Source of the DNA: Nemertoderma westbladi
Taxonomy: Eukaryota > Animalia > Xenacoelomorpha
DNA: 64,000 nt
Reading direction: 5' to 3'
NCBI GenBank assembly: GCA_032718475.1
Contig: JAUCBJ010003036.1
Coordinates: forward strand, 1 to 64,000
In this document: piece by piece, positions 1-11,827 of the stretch
How positions within the stretch are numbered: position 1 is the first letter of the stretch
Layout: each line of letters starts with the position of its first letter
Position numbers and translations under genes: made by a program
Notes under the pieces: model-generated
Database searches by the model: none
What the model was told of the DNA's origin: nothing
Seen by the model: the letters and a program-made list of their open reading frames with translations, nothing else

Positions 1-530
1 TAAATTAAGTGAGCATGTTAATTAGTGATTTATTGAGGTAACAGTTTATACTTTCGATAATTCAAGCAGTTTACTAGAGTTCTTCCCAAAAGGCCGGTGT
101 TTCTGGCTTAGACAGCAATAACAACAAAGTAACAAGAAAAAACAGTAAGACTGAACACTCTCCTTATGATCGACTAAAAAGCTACACGTCGACAGGAAAA
201 ATCGCTCTGATTGGCTCAAGCCAAACAAAGAACCTTGCATCTAATGGCTGTTTCCATGTCAGCAACCAGCTGCTAGATGTCGTAATATGAATCATCACGG
301 CTAAGCTGTGAAAGGTAGTTGGTGCATTACAGGTTTTTTGCCTTACCATGTCCGCCAAAACACGTATATAGCAGAATTACTTTTATGTCCGTTAAAACAC
401 CTGTAAAGGTACCTTGCGGGCGAGGGGAATATATATACAGTCCGAGAACCCTTTTAGAGTATTCCAGCGCCGGGGGGGGGAACTGGCCAGCAAAGGCAAA
501 CGTATCAGTTATCCCACAAAAGCTTTTACA

Positions 531-711
531 GGTCATCAAACCTGAATTGAACTAATACCGTTGTACCTTACTGCAGTATGCACCTATCACTGTGCACTGT
601 ACTGCTGTATCAGCCTTCCTGCCTTCTGCATGTCATATTATATTTTACTGTTTTACTTCATACTTACTGACTTATGTAAATATTAAACGTTGAGAGACTG
701 CGCTCTCTACA
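531..711 (+). repeat. 5' LTR, missing its first ~26 bp
   Basis: Matches 4637-4817 nearly exactly; ends CTCTACA immediately before the PBS; lacks the TGTAGTGGCC... start seen in the 3' LTR. Confidence 0.9.
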
Positions 712-712
712 T

Positions 713-729
713 TGGTGACCCAGACTTGC
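713..729 (+). promoter_or_regulatory. Primer binding site, tRNA-Trp type
   Basis: TGGTGACCCAGAC lies 1 nt after the LTR and resembles the complement of the eukaryotic tRNA-Trp 3' end (TGGTGACCCCGAC), the primer typical of CsRn1-clade elements. Confidence 0.8.
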
Positions 730-770
730 GTGAACGGATTTCGCGTACAGGCGTAGCTCTGTAGCTACCT

Positions 771-1460
771 ATGGCTAATGACCTCAACGCGGTCGCCATC
801 AAACTGCCCCCGTTCTGGGCGGAAAACCCATCCATCTGGTTCGCGCAGGTGGATGCTCAGTTCCAACTCCGGAGGATTGTCGACGACTCGACAAAGTACT
901 ACCACATCGTCGCCTCTCTCGACCAGCCGACCGCCGCTCGCCTCCTCGACACACTCACCACTCTGCCTACCGACGGGAAGTACGAGGGACTGAAGGCGAG
1001 GCTCCTCGGGACATTCGCCCTGAGTCGGTGGGAGCGCGCTGCAAGACTCCTCCATATGCGTGGGCTGGGCGACCGCAAGCCGTCCGAACTCATGGACGAG
1101 ATGCTGGAGCTCCTCACCGGGCACACGCCGTGTTTGCGGTTCGAGCAACTCTTCCTCGAACAGCTCCCCGAGGACATTCGGCTACAAATCTCAAACGACT
1201 CTTTCAAGGACCCCCGCGCCCTGGCTGCGACCGCCGACGTTCTTTGGTTGGCCAAACACCAGGGACAATCCCAACTGGCCAGCGTAGACAGGGGGATGAC
1301 AAACTCGCGTCGCCCCAGGGACTCCTCCACAAACTCCTCCAGCACTGCTCAGCCTGACACCAAAAGCGTGTGTTACTACCACGCTCGGTTCGGTAGCGCT
1401 GCCAAGCAGTGCAAGGTGTCGTGTTCCTTCCCGGGAAACGCCCCGACCAGCCGACGGTAG
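771..1460 (+). CDS. gag: Gag, CsRn1 type
   Basis: 229-aa ORF with KLPPFWAENPSIWFAQVDAQF, LGDRKPSELM and CYYHARFGSAAKQCKVSC (CHCC). Confidence 0.9.
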   Translation: MANDLNAVAIKLPPFWAENPSIWFAQVDAQFQLRRIVDDSTKYYHIVASLDQPTAARLLDTLTTLPTDGKYEGLKARLLGTFALSRWERAARLLHMRGLGDRKPSELMDEMLELLTGHTPCLRFEQLFLEQLPEDIRLQISNDSFKDPRALAATADVLWLAKHQGQSQLASVDRGMTNSRRPRDSSTNSSSTAQPDTKSVCYYHARFGSAAKQCKVSCSFPGNAPTSRR

Positions 1461-4430
1461 CCGCGGCATCGACTGATCGATACAAACAGCGGGATAACCT
1501 CCTCTACCTCTGGGACCGGAACTCCGGGCGCCACTTCCTTGTGGACACCGGTGCCCAGGTGAGTGTGTTCCCCGCCAGCGGATTTGACACCCGTTGCGGA
1601 CATACTGGGCCGCCGCTCCGCGCCATCAACGGATCATCAATTCGTTCCTACGGGACGCGCTCTATCCCTCTGTGTTGCAACGACCGGCGGACCCACTGGG
1701 ACTTCGTGATCGCAGACGTCCCCCAACCATTGCTTGGGGCTGATTTCCTCTGCAACCACGCCCTGATGGTTGCGTTAAGGGGCAGCAACTCATCAACATG
1801 GAAACTTTCCAGCCGATCCCCCTCTGTTGCTCCTCCTCCACCATCCCAGGAACCCATCCTTACCTCGCGTCGACCTCCGTGGACCGAGTTTACTCCGACC
1901 TCATGGCGGAGTTCCCCGCCATCACGACGCCAACCTTCTCGGACTCGTCCACTCATCACGGCGTGGAGCATTACATTCCGACCACTGGTCCTCCTGTTCA
2001 CGCCCGCGCCCGTCGACTCCCTCTTGATAAACTCGAGATCGCGCGTGAAGAGTTTCGCAAGATGGAGGTGATGGGGATTATTCGCCGTTCGAATAGCCCC
2101 TAGTCGTCTCCCCTCCACATGGCGCACAAACCAAACGGCAGTTGGCGGCCTGCGGCGACTACTGTCTCCTCAATGACGCCACGCCGATCGGTACCCCGTC
2201 CCGCACATCCAGGACTTCTCGGCGCGACTAGCAGGGGCCACGATATTCTCCAAGGTCAATCTGGTATGGTACTACCACCAGATCCCCGTGGCGCCCGGAG
2301 ACGTTCCCAAGACCGCTGTTGTCACTCTGTTCGGACTCTTCAAATTTGTTCGTATGCCGTTCAGCCTCAAGAATGCCGCCCAGGCCTTCCAAAGCCTGAT
2401 AGACTCTGTGTGCTCCGGGCTGGACTTCATCTATGTGTACCTCGACGATATCCTCATCGCGAGTGCAACCCCCAAGGAACACCTCGCCCATCTGCGTCAA
2501 CTCTTCCAGTGGCTCCAAGACTACGTATGGCCTTGTTGTCAACCTTGCGAAGTGCGTGTTCGGGGTGGCGGAAATCCAGTTCCTGGGCCACGTCGTCAAT
2601 GCATCCAGCGCCCATGCGCTCCCCGATAAGGTAGAAGCCGTCCACTCCTTCCCACGTCCAACCACCACCAAAGGGTTGCGGGAGTTTATCAGTATGGTAA
2701 TGTTTTACCACCAATTTATACCCGCAGCTGCTGCCGCACTGCAGCCACTTTACGCCGCCGTCGCCACCAAGGCTAAGGACGTCGACTGGACTCCCAAACT
2801 AGCCGCGTCCTTCGAGTCCTCCAAGCGGGCCCTCGCAAACTCCGCCATGCTCGTCCACCCTTGCCATGATGCGCCGACCTCCGTCACCACCGACGCATCA
2901 GACTCAGCTGTTGGCGCGGCACTAGAACAGTGGACCGATGGCAAGTGGCGGCCGCTCGCATTCTTCAGCCGACAACTTCGCCCTCCCGAATGGAAGTACA
3001 GTGCCTACGACCGCAAACTCCTCGGATTATACCTCGCGGTCCGCCACTTCCATTATTTTCTCGAAGGCCGAACGTTTGTGGCCTACACGGACCATAAACC
3101 CCTAACTCAGGCCTTCTCAAAGGTCACTGACCCCTGGTCCCCCTGTCAACAGTGCCATCTGGCGTACATCTCGGAATTCACCACGAATGTACGCCACGTA
3201 GACGGAAAGGACAACCAGGTCATGGACGCCCTCTCTCGCAGCTTCGTGGGCCATCTGTCGACCCAACTCGGGGTCGACTATAAGGCCATGTCGGCTGCCC
3301 AATTGGGAGGATGACAAACTCCAGGCCTTCCGGGCAAACCCTGGTAGCCTCGATCTACGTGATGTCACACTCGCGGATGATGACGTCACGCTCCTCTGTG
3401 ATGTCTCTACGGGCCAACCTCGGCCGATAGTCCCCAGCACGTGGCGCCACCACATGTTCGATGTGGTCCATTCGCTGTCCCACCCATCAATCCGCTCCAC
3501 TAGGAAACTCCTCCGAGCATTTCGTCTGGCACGGCCTGTCCAAACAAGTGACGAGCTGGGCCAAGGCTTGCGTCGCCTGCCAGACCTCTAAAGTTCAACG
3601 CCATATAAAGGCCCCCCTCGAGACATTCTCTGTTCCTCGACGCCGGTTCAACCATGTCAACATCGACCTGGTAGGGCCCCTCCCTCCATCCAGAGGCTCC
3701 ACCTACCTGTTTACAATCGTCAACCGGACTACTCATTGGCCCGAGGCCATCCCGCTTGCCGACTACACAACCGAGAGCTGCGCCCGCGCTCTCATGGCCC
3801 ACTGGATCGCCCGGTTCGGCGTACCAGTCAAACTATCCTCCGATGGCGGCAGTCAGTTCACCTCGGAGTTGTGGGCCGACATCAACAGACTCTTCGGCAC
3901 CAAACTCCACCAGACGACGGCCTACCATCCGCAGGCAAACGGCCTGGTGGAACGGTTTCACCGTTCCCTCAAGGCCTCCCTTAGAGCCCGACTAACTGGA
4001 CCAAACTGGGTCGACGAACTGCCATGGGCCCTTCTGGGCTACTGGACCGCCCTCATAGGGGACCTCCACTGCTCGTCGACTGAGCTGGTCTACGGCGAGC
4101 CACTCACGGTGCCTGGCAACTTCGTTGCCTCGCCAACCGACCCTCCAAACTTGACAGCTTTCCTCCCGGGCCTCCACAACCACTCACGGCAGTTCATGCC
4201 CACACCAACCTCCTGTCATGGCCAACCCAACTCGTCAGTGCCGTCACAACTAACAACAGTGACTATGTCTTTTTATGCACTGACGCTCACCGTGCCCCCT
4301 TACAGCGGCCCTACACCGGGCCGTAAAAGTTAGTACAGCGCGGCTCAAAGACGTTCATCATCGAGGTGGGCGGGCGTCAGGAGACCGTCTCCATCGACAG
4401 ACTCAAACTGGCCCACCTCGCTATCGATGA
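1409..4430 (+). pseudogene. pol: pol (protease-RT-RNase H-integrase), frameshifted
   Basis: FLVDTGAQVS protease, VYLDDILIAS RT, TDASDSAVGA RNase H and NIDLVGPLP...SDGG...NGLVER integrase, spread over several frames, with a stop at 2101-2103. Confidence 0.92.
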
Positions 4431-4610
4431 ACCCGTCATTGTGGCCATCCCACCGCGCCGTGGCCACCACCTACAGTGACACCCCCGGACCTCCCTCCCC
4501 CCAGTCCCTGCAGTTCACCCAAACCATCGCAAACTACCATAGCAACTCAAAGTGGGCGGGCCATCCGGCAGCCGGACTATTTTTATTAATTCAGGTTCTG
4601 GGGGGAGCCA

Positions 4611-4817
4611 TGTAGTGGCCATATATATATATTAGGGGTCATCGAACCTGAATTGAACTAATACTATTGTACCTTACTGCAGTATGCACCTATCACTGTG
4701 CACTGTACTGCTGTATCAGCCTTCCTGCCTTCTGCATATCATATTATATTTTACTGTTTTACTTCATACTTACTGACTTATGTAAATATTAAACGTTGAG
4801 AGACTGCATTCTCTACA
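4611..4817 (+). repeat. 3' LTR (207 bp)
   Basis: TGTAG...CTACA termini; directly follows the PPT. Confidence 0.92.
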
Positions 4818-5320
4818 ACACTACAATTGGTTACTTTATATACTTATTTATTTATAATATTCATAATTAAGGTAGGAATATTTTTAACAGTGGTCTATAA
4901 TTCCGGCGCTGCCTTCTAGGCACCCTGATGTTTTTCCCGTCAGTAAATGACATCAGCGAATAACATCCAGAGCGTCGGTCTAGAACTTTCATCCTGTCCC
5001 TTCTAATCTATCGTAGCTCTTCTCTTCTATCTTCATCCTGGCTTGTATGCTTCTTATCATTCCGCTTGCTCTTAATCACGAACGTAATGGGGTTCACGAC
5101 TCAAATTCAAAACCAGATTAATTAGATGCAATAATATCACAGAAACACAATGGCGTTTACAGAATTCAATAAGATGCTAAAATATCCGAGATATTTGTGT
5201 TTTCAGTTTAAAAATTATTCAAAATATGAAAACGATCTGTGATTGGTCGTGACGTCACTATACGCCTCCGCATTCAATTTATATCAACATTCAGATACCT
5301 AATACAATCTTTGTATAAAT

Positions 5321-6125
5321 TGGGGCAGTTTGTTGCTGCAGGGACTGCTATATTAGCACTGTAGTACAGCAGTACAGTGCAGCAGTGACCGGTACAAGCA
5401 CTGCAGCATTGTATACTTGCTTATTTATATGGCGAACGGAGAGTAAACGGGACAACGGCAAGGCACAAGGAGGAGCAAACAGGGGTTCCTGGAACAACGG
5501 CAACGGCAAGGAGGAGCGAATACGGCGAATGGGAGTACCTGGAGCCGCGAGCCGGAACGCCCGATGAGAATGTCCCATTAAGCCTACTACGACGGTATGG
5601 TACTGACAAAGGAAGAAAATGATGTATGTATAGGCCTACATAGATATTATGACGTGGCGGGTTCAGGCAAGAGGAGAATGACATTGTATCTGTACTGGCC
5701 GTATCAGATGTGTACAGTCACAAGTCAAGGAGGAATCGACCAACGGTTAGTGTTACACTCATCATGGGGGTCTGAGAATTAGTGCGTGATTCGACAAAAT
5801 GCTAACAATGATACCGGAACTAGTGGCGACGTAGTCGCTTATGTATTGCTGCAAAGCGCTGTTAGAAACGACTGAAGGTTGAACAATGTTTGGTTGCCTA
5901 GCAGAGTTGGTTAAACTATCTTACTAGAACGCATTCAGCGTAGAGACACGAGATTGCCATTCGGGCTCTGCGAGTTATCATATCCCAACCGCTTTAGTTG
6001 ACTCGGACTGCCCACATTTGAGTATCGATTCCACCGATTGGATTTAGTGCAATTCTACCAGAAGATTGGATTATAATGTATAGAGAAACTGATTAATACG
6101 GAATACACATTTCAGAGTCAGTGAA
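5321..6125 (+). pseudogene. Possible highly degraded and deleted Mag-like Gypsy internal remnant
   Basis: TGGGGCAGTT matches the PBS TGGCGCAGTT at 18367 in 9/10 positions; short peptides (TLIMGV, KMLTMIPEL, VDSDCPHLSI, EYTF) weakly echo gag and RNase H of the Mag-like element. Confidence 0.3.
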
Positions 6126-6354
6126 TGTTCATGGATTATTTATTCTAACCGCCCATGTAAAAAAATACCAGGATTTAACTTTTTGGTCGAATTTTTATTG
6201 GAATTTTATATATGGAGATTTTTTATTTTTTTAAATTTATATTTATTAAGTGTTTTATAGCGTTTATTTCTTTCTTATAACCTGTACATATACTTATTCG
6301 TTTATTGTTTTGGTTAGATTCGGCCCTTCTGTAACCTGTGTTTTTAGTGAAAAC

Positions 6355-8945
6355 CTGGTATTCTTCACATGGGGGTAACTGCAAAGTGAAATATAACGGC
6401 AGAAAGTCTGGTATTATTCACATGGGGTAACTTCAAAGTGAAATATAACGGCAGAAAGTCTGGTATTATTCACATGGGGTAACTGCAAAGTGAAATATAA
6501 CGGCAGAAAGTCTGGTATTCTTCACATGGGGGTGACTGCAAAGTGAAATATAACGGCAGAAAGTCTGGTATTCTTCACATGGGGGTGACTGCAAAGTGAA
6601 ATATAACGGCAGAAAGTCTGGTATTATTCACATGGGGTAACTGCAAAGTGAAATATAACGGCAGAAAGTCTGGTATTATTCACATGGGGTAACTGCAAAG
6701 TGAAATATAACGGCAGAAAGTCTGGTATTCTTCACATGGGGGTGACTGCAAAGTAAAATATAACGGCAGAAAGTCTGGTATTATTCACATGGGGTAACTG
6801 CAAAGTGGAATATAACGGCAGAAAGTCTGGTATTCTTCACATGGGGGTAACTGCAAAGTGAAATATAACGGCAGAAAGTCTGGTATTCTTCACATGGGGT
6901 AACTGCAAAGTGAAATATAACGGCAGAAAGTCTGGTATTCTTCACATGGGGGTGACTGCAAAGTAAAATATAACGGCAGAAAGTCTGGTATTCTTCACAT
7001 GGGGGTAACTGCAAAGTGAAATATAACGGCAGAAAGTCTGGTATTCTTCACATGGGGGTAACTGCAAAGTGGAATATAACGGCAGAAAGTCTGGTATTCT
7101 TCACATGGGGTAACTGCAAAGTGAAATATAACGGCAGAAAGTCTGGTATTCTTCACATGGGGGTAACTGCAAAGTAAAATATAACGGCAGAAAGTCTGGT
7201 ATTATTCACATGGGGTAACTGCAAAGTGAAATATAACGGCAGAAAGTCTGGTATTATTCACATGGGGGTAACTGCAAAGTGAAATATAACGGCAGAAAGT
7301 CTGGTATTCTTCACATGGGGGTGACTGCAAAGTAAAATATAACGGCAGAAAGTCTGGTATTATTCACATGGGGTAACTGCAAAGTGGAATATAACGGCAG
7401 AAAGTCTGGTATTCTTCACATGAGGGTAACTGCAAAGTGATATAACGGCAGAAAGTCTGGTATTATTCACATGGGGTAACTGCAAAGTGAAATATAACGG
7501 CAGGAAGTCTGGTATTATTCACATGGGGGTAACTGCAAAGTGAAATATAACGGCAGAAAGTCTGGTATTATTCACATGGGGTAACTGCAAAGTGGAATAT
7601 AACGGCAGAAAGTCTGGTATTCTTCACATGAGGGTAACTGCAAAGTGAAATATAACGGCAGAAAGTCTGGTATTATTCACATGGGGTAACTGCAAAGTGA
7701 AATATAACGGCAGGAAGTCTGGTATTCTTCACGTGGGGGTAACTGCAAAGTGAAATATAACGGGAGAAAGTCCGGTATTCTTCACATGGGGGTAACTGCA
7801 AAGTGAAATATAACGGCAGAAAGTCTGGTATTCTTCACGTGGGGGTAACTGCAAAGTGAAATATAACGGCAGAAAGTCTGGTATTCTTCACATGAGGGTA
7901 ACTGCAAAGTGAAATATAACGGCAGAAAGTCTGGTATTCTTCACGTGGGGGTAACTGCAAAGTGAAATATAACGGGAGAAAGTCCGGTATTCTTCACATG
8001 GGGGTAACTGCAAAGTGAAATATAACGGCAGAAAGTCTGGTATTCTTCACATGAGGGTAACTGCAAAGTGAAATATAACAGCAGAGAGTCTGGTATTCTT
8101 CACATGGGGGTAACTGCAAAGTGAAATATAACGGCAGAAAGTCCGGTATTCTTCACATGAGGGTAACTGCAAAGTGAAATATAACGGCAGAAAGTCTGGT
8201 ATTCTTCACATGAGGGTAACTGCAAAGTGAAATATAACGGCAGAAAGTCTGGTATTCTTCACGTGGGTGTAACTGCAAAGTGAAATATAACGGCAGAAAG
8301 TCTGGTATTCTTCACGTGGGGGTAACTGCAAAGTGAAATATAACGGCAGGAAGTCTGGTATTCTTCACATGGGGGTAACTGCAAAGTGAAATATAACGGC
8401 AGAAAGTCTGGTATTCTTCACATGAGGGTAACTGCAAAGTGAAATATAACGGCAGAAAGTCTGGTATTCTTCACATGGGGGTAACTGCAAAGTGAAATAT
8501 AACGGCAGAAAGTCTGGTATTCTTCACGTGGGGGTAACTGCAAAGTGAAATATAACGGCAGAAAGTCTGGTATTATTCACATGGGGTAACTGCAAAGTGA
8601 AATATAACGGCAGGAAGTCTGGTATTCTTCACATGGGAGTAACTGCAAAGTGAAATATACCGGCAGAAAGTCTGGTATTCTTCACATGGGGGTAACTGCA
8701 AAGTGAAATATAACGGCAGAAAGTCTGGTATTCTTCACATGGGAGTAACTGCAAAGTGAAATATAACGGCAGAAAGTCTGGTATTATTCACATGGGGTAA
8801 CTGCAAAGTGAAATATAACGGCAGAAAGTCTGGTATTCTTCACATGGGAGTAACTGCAAAGTGAAATATAACGGCAGAAAGTCTGGTATTCTTCACATGA
8901 GGGTAACTGCAAAGTGAAATATAATGGCAGAAAGTCTGGTATTCA
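6355..8945. repeat. Tandem satellite, 52-53 bp unit, ~49 copies
   Basis: Unit CTGGTATTCTTCACATGGGGGTAACTGCAAAGTGAAATATAACGGCAGAAAGT repeated head to tail with few variants and no spacers. Confidence 0.97.
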
Positions 8946-8952
8946 TCGTCTG

Positions 8953-10009
8953 GTACAAATAGTAATGGTGCTAATGTGTCACCTTGCAGTACGCCAGCCA
9001 GGATTGAGAAAAACTCAGTTTCACCATCTGGTGAGAGTACCTGCGCTTCTGTGTCACAATATAACAATCCAATGCCAGCAACAATTACTTCTGGTATTCC
9101 ATAAGCTCTTAGGATTTCAAGCATTTTACCTCTATGGATGGAGTCGAATGCCTTCTTGAAGTCCACAAAAGTCATGACTGCGGGGAGATTCTTTGACTTG
9201 ATTCCTTCAATCAGTCTCCATAGTGCAAGTATCTGGGCTATAGTTGATCTACTTGGTCGAAATCCGTTTTGGCTCTTACGCACTAGTTTCTCTATGTGAG
9301 GCCTAATCCTATATAGAATCATTTTATTGTATATTTTGGCAGCTACCACAAGCAGACAGATCCCACGATAGTTTGTTGGTATGCCAAGGTCTCCTTTCTT
9401 GGGGAGAGGCTTTAGTTGACCTTTAGTCCAAATTGGTGGTGGCTTTTCCCCTTTTAACATCCGGTTGCAAACATTCAATAATTCTACATTCAACATTCTG
9501 TTTAGCACTCCGGTTTTCCATACCTCCGCTGGGATTTCATCTAATCCACTCGCTTTATTATTGGACATGCTTTTAATGCTTCTTTGGAGTTCGGCAGGTG
9601 TGAAGTCCCCTGTTTCTATAGGTAGTGTCTTGTCATATATTTTCCTTGTAGGGCTGACCTCGATGTTTGGTGGCTGCCCAAGCAAGTTGCTGAAGTGATT
9701 TTTCCACTTCCCAACACGTTCTTCAGGACTATCGGCTTTGAGGCGCCCCTTTGCACAACTTTTCCGACCAGATACCTCATTTACAGTTTGCCAGGTAAGT
9801 CTTGATTGTTGTTGTATGTGAGCAGTTGTAATTGCTTCAGTTTTATCCTGTATGTACTTTTCCTGGCTGATGTTGTAGGCTAATTTAAGATCGTCCTTAG
9901 CTCTCTCAGCCTTGTTAATGTTTTCGGTTGTTGGTTGTTCGGTTTTAACTTTGTAGGCTATCTTAAGAGCTTCTCTCTTACAAGTAACCTCAGAGTTTTG
10001 CCATGGCAC
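8953..10009 (-). pseudogene. LINE reverse transcriptase, N-terminal half
   Basis: NYRGICLL, QNGFRPSRS, FVDFKKAFDS and GVLQGDTLAP motifs; ends at the satellite before the YADD motif. Confidence 0.9.
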
Positions 10010-10010
10010 A

Positions 10011-11189
10011 TTACTGTTTTCGTTTAGGTTTCTGGGGGATATGCCTCTTAGCTGATTCCTTGTGGGCTGTTATTATATTCTGGTATATTGAATCGGTGGA
10101 TTGGTCTTCATCCATTGACTGAAGTGCTTCAAAGCGGTTTTGAACTTCTACTGTATAAGCATCCTTTACAGCATTGTCAGTTCTGAGTTTCTCCCAGTCA
10201 TAGTTGATTTGCTTGCTTGTCCTGGGTTTGGTGGCTCTCAAACTGAGTCTGATCTCTGCAGTCACAATTCTGTGGTCCGAACCAATTAGGTTGAACGAGC
10301 TGTATGCCTCGCAGTTGACCATGTCATTTCTCCACTTTTTGTTTATAAGGATGTAATCCAGTTGTGCTTTGGTTCCATTAGGGTATTGAAAGGTCCATAG
10401 CTTCCCCTTACTCTTTTCAAATGAGTTGTTTGTTGGTATCAATTCACATTCTTCCATTAGGTCTAAAAGTAAGTACCCATTTCTGGTAGAACTGGTGTTA
10501 TAGGTGTAACCCTTGATGTCTTCTGGGCCAATTTGCGCATTCAGGTCACCAGCAATGACTTTAACATTGTGTTTCGGGATGTCCTTAATAAGTCCAGTCA
10601 GTTCTTCATAAAACTTGACTGCTTGTTCTGGCTCTGAGGCATTGGTTGGACTGTAGCAACATATAACTGTTGTCTTGGGATTCCCATCAAATGTTGCGAT
10701 CATAACCCTGGAATTTATAGATTCGATGTTGTTTAGGGTCTTAAGTGCAAATGGGCTTAGCAGAATTCCTACTCCACCAATTGATGCATTGGCCGAGTTT
10801 CTTACTGCTGAGCTTGTTACTAACGCCCATCCATTTCCAATGTCATTGTACTTCATGGCAGTGTCTTCATGACAAATCCGATGTTCTTGGATGCAGATGA
10901 TGTCGATGTTATATTCCATTGCCAGAGCGACCATGTCACCCTGTTTGCTCTGTGCTTTCAGCGTGCGTGCGTTCATTATAGCAATCTTTAGTGTCTTTTT
11001 ACATTTCAACATGTTGGTTCTTCTTTCTTCTCTGTCTTCTGTTCTAGTAGCCAATTTATCGACCCCAGCCTGGTGTACCACTGAGGGACGCGGTCCTTGT
11101 TGACCCGGGCGACGACCGAGCCGGTATTTCTCCTGGAGGGTTCTCATACTCATATCTTTCAGTTGCGGGAGTAAACCGCTTGTGGTCAC
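10011..11189 (-). pseudogene. LINE APE endonuclease domain
   Basis: MNARTL, CIQEHR, YSPT, GDLNA, LDYIL and SDHR motifs; separated from the RT part by a 1-nt frameshift near 10010. Confidence 0.9.
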
Positions 11190-11827
11190 AACTCCTACAA
11201 GCGTCTTTGCAGTAGGTCGCCGTTGGTTGATTACCTTCCGCCGACCTTGTCAGCATGTCTAGCCGTTGGTTGATTACCTTCTGCCTATCCATGGCCTACA
11301 GCCCTGCTGCCGACTGTAGGGGTCCATTTGTTACACCCTGAACCAAGTGTGCCTCCTGGGTTAGGTTACCTAACACTGGTAGAGGAGCATCCAGTATAGA
11401 CAGGGCGGGGCTTGTATCATCTCTAATGCAGATGCGTATCAAGCCTTTGCCTTCAATGGTGCCCTAGGCGCTATAGCCCTCAATGACTTATTTAGTTGAC
11501 GGGGCTGAACCAACCCACTCTTGATCAACTAAATAATGAATAGGCTATGCTTATCGGGCCTGCCCTACTGGGCTGACAGCTACAGGTAGTACCACATTAC
11601 TGCCATAGTGGTAGCAGGATCTGGGGACCTGACCTGACCTGAAGTGCTACAATACTAAATGTATTGTAGTATATTTATATTATTGTTGGCAAAATAAACG
11701 AAAGAGGGTTCAAAAAAAACTCATCAGAAGTATGTAATTTCCAATAAACCTAAATATTATGTACTTTAGTACAGGTGCACTCATCAGACGTATTTATGTA
11801 TGTTAGTACGTTTGTACTCATCAGACA

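Larger units (their letters stand above)
531..4817 (+). mobile_element. Gypsy LTR retrotransposon, CsRn1 clade, decayed
   Basis: LTR pair 531-711 and 4611-4817; PBS TGGTGACCCAGAC at 713; PPT GGGGGGAGCCA at 4600-4610; gag with CHCC knuckle; PR-RT-RH-IN order. Confidence 0.93.
8953..11640 (-). mobile_element. RTE-clade non-LTR retrotransposon, 5' part only, truncated inside RT
   Basis: APE endonuclease ORF 10011-11189 followed by RT N-terminus 8953-10009; long upstream UTR. The 5' boundary is approximate. Confidence 0.85.

Noticed and set aside
899-1345. Antisense and overlapping ORFs across the GC-rich Gypsy elements (also 44121-44851 and 47020-48450)
   Set aside because: Shadow frames of gag, pol or low-complexity DNA with no independent motifs.
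4866-5300. TTAAGGTAGG as a possible Kolobok-like left end
   Set aside because: No matching right terminus found.
6355-8945. CRISPR-like array
   Set aside because: Units are contiguous with no unique spacers, there are no cas genes, and the context is eukaryotic.
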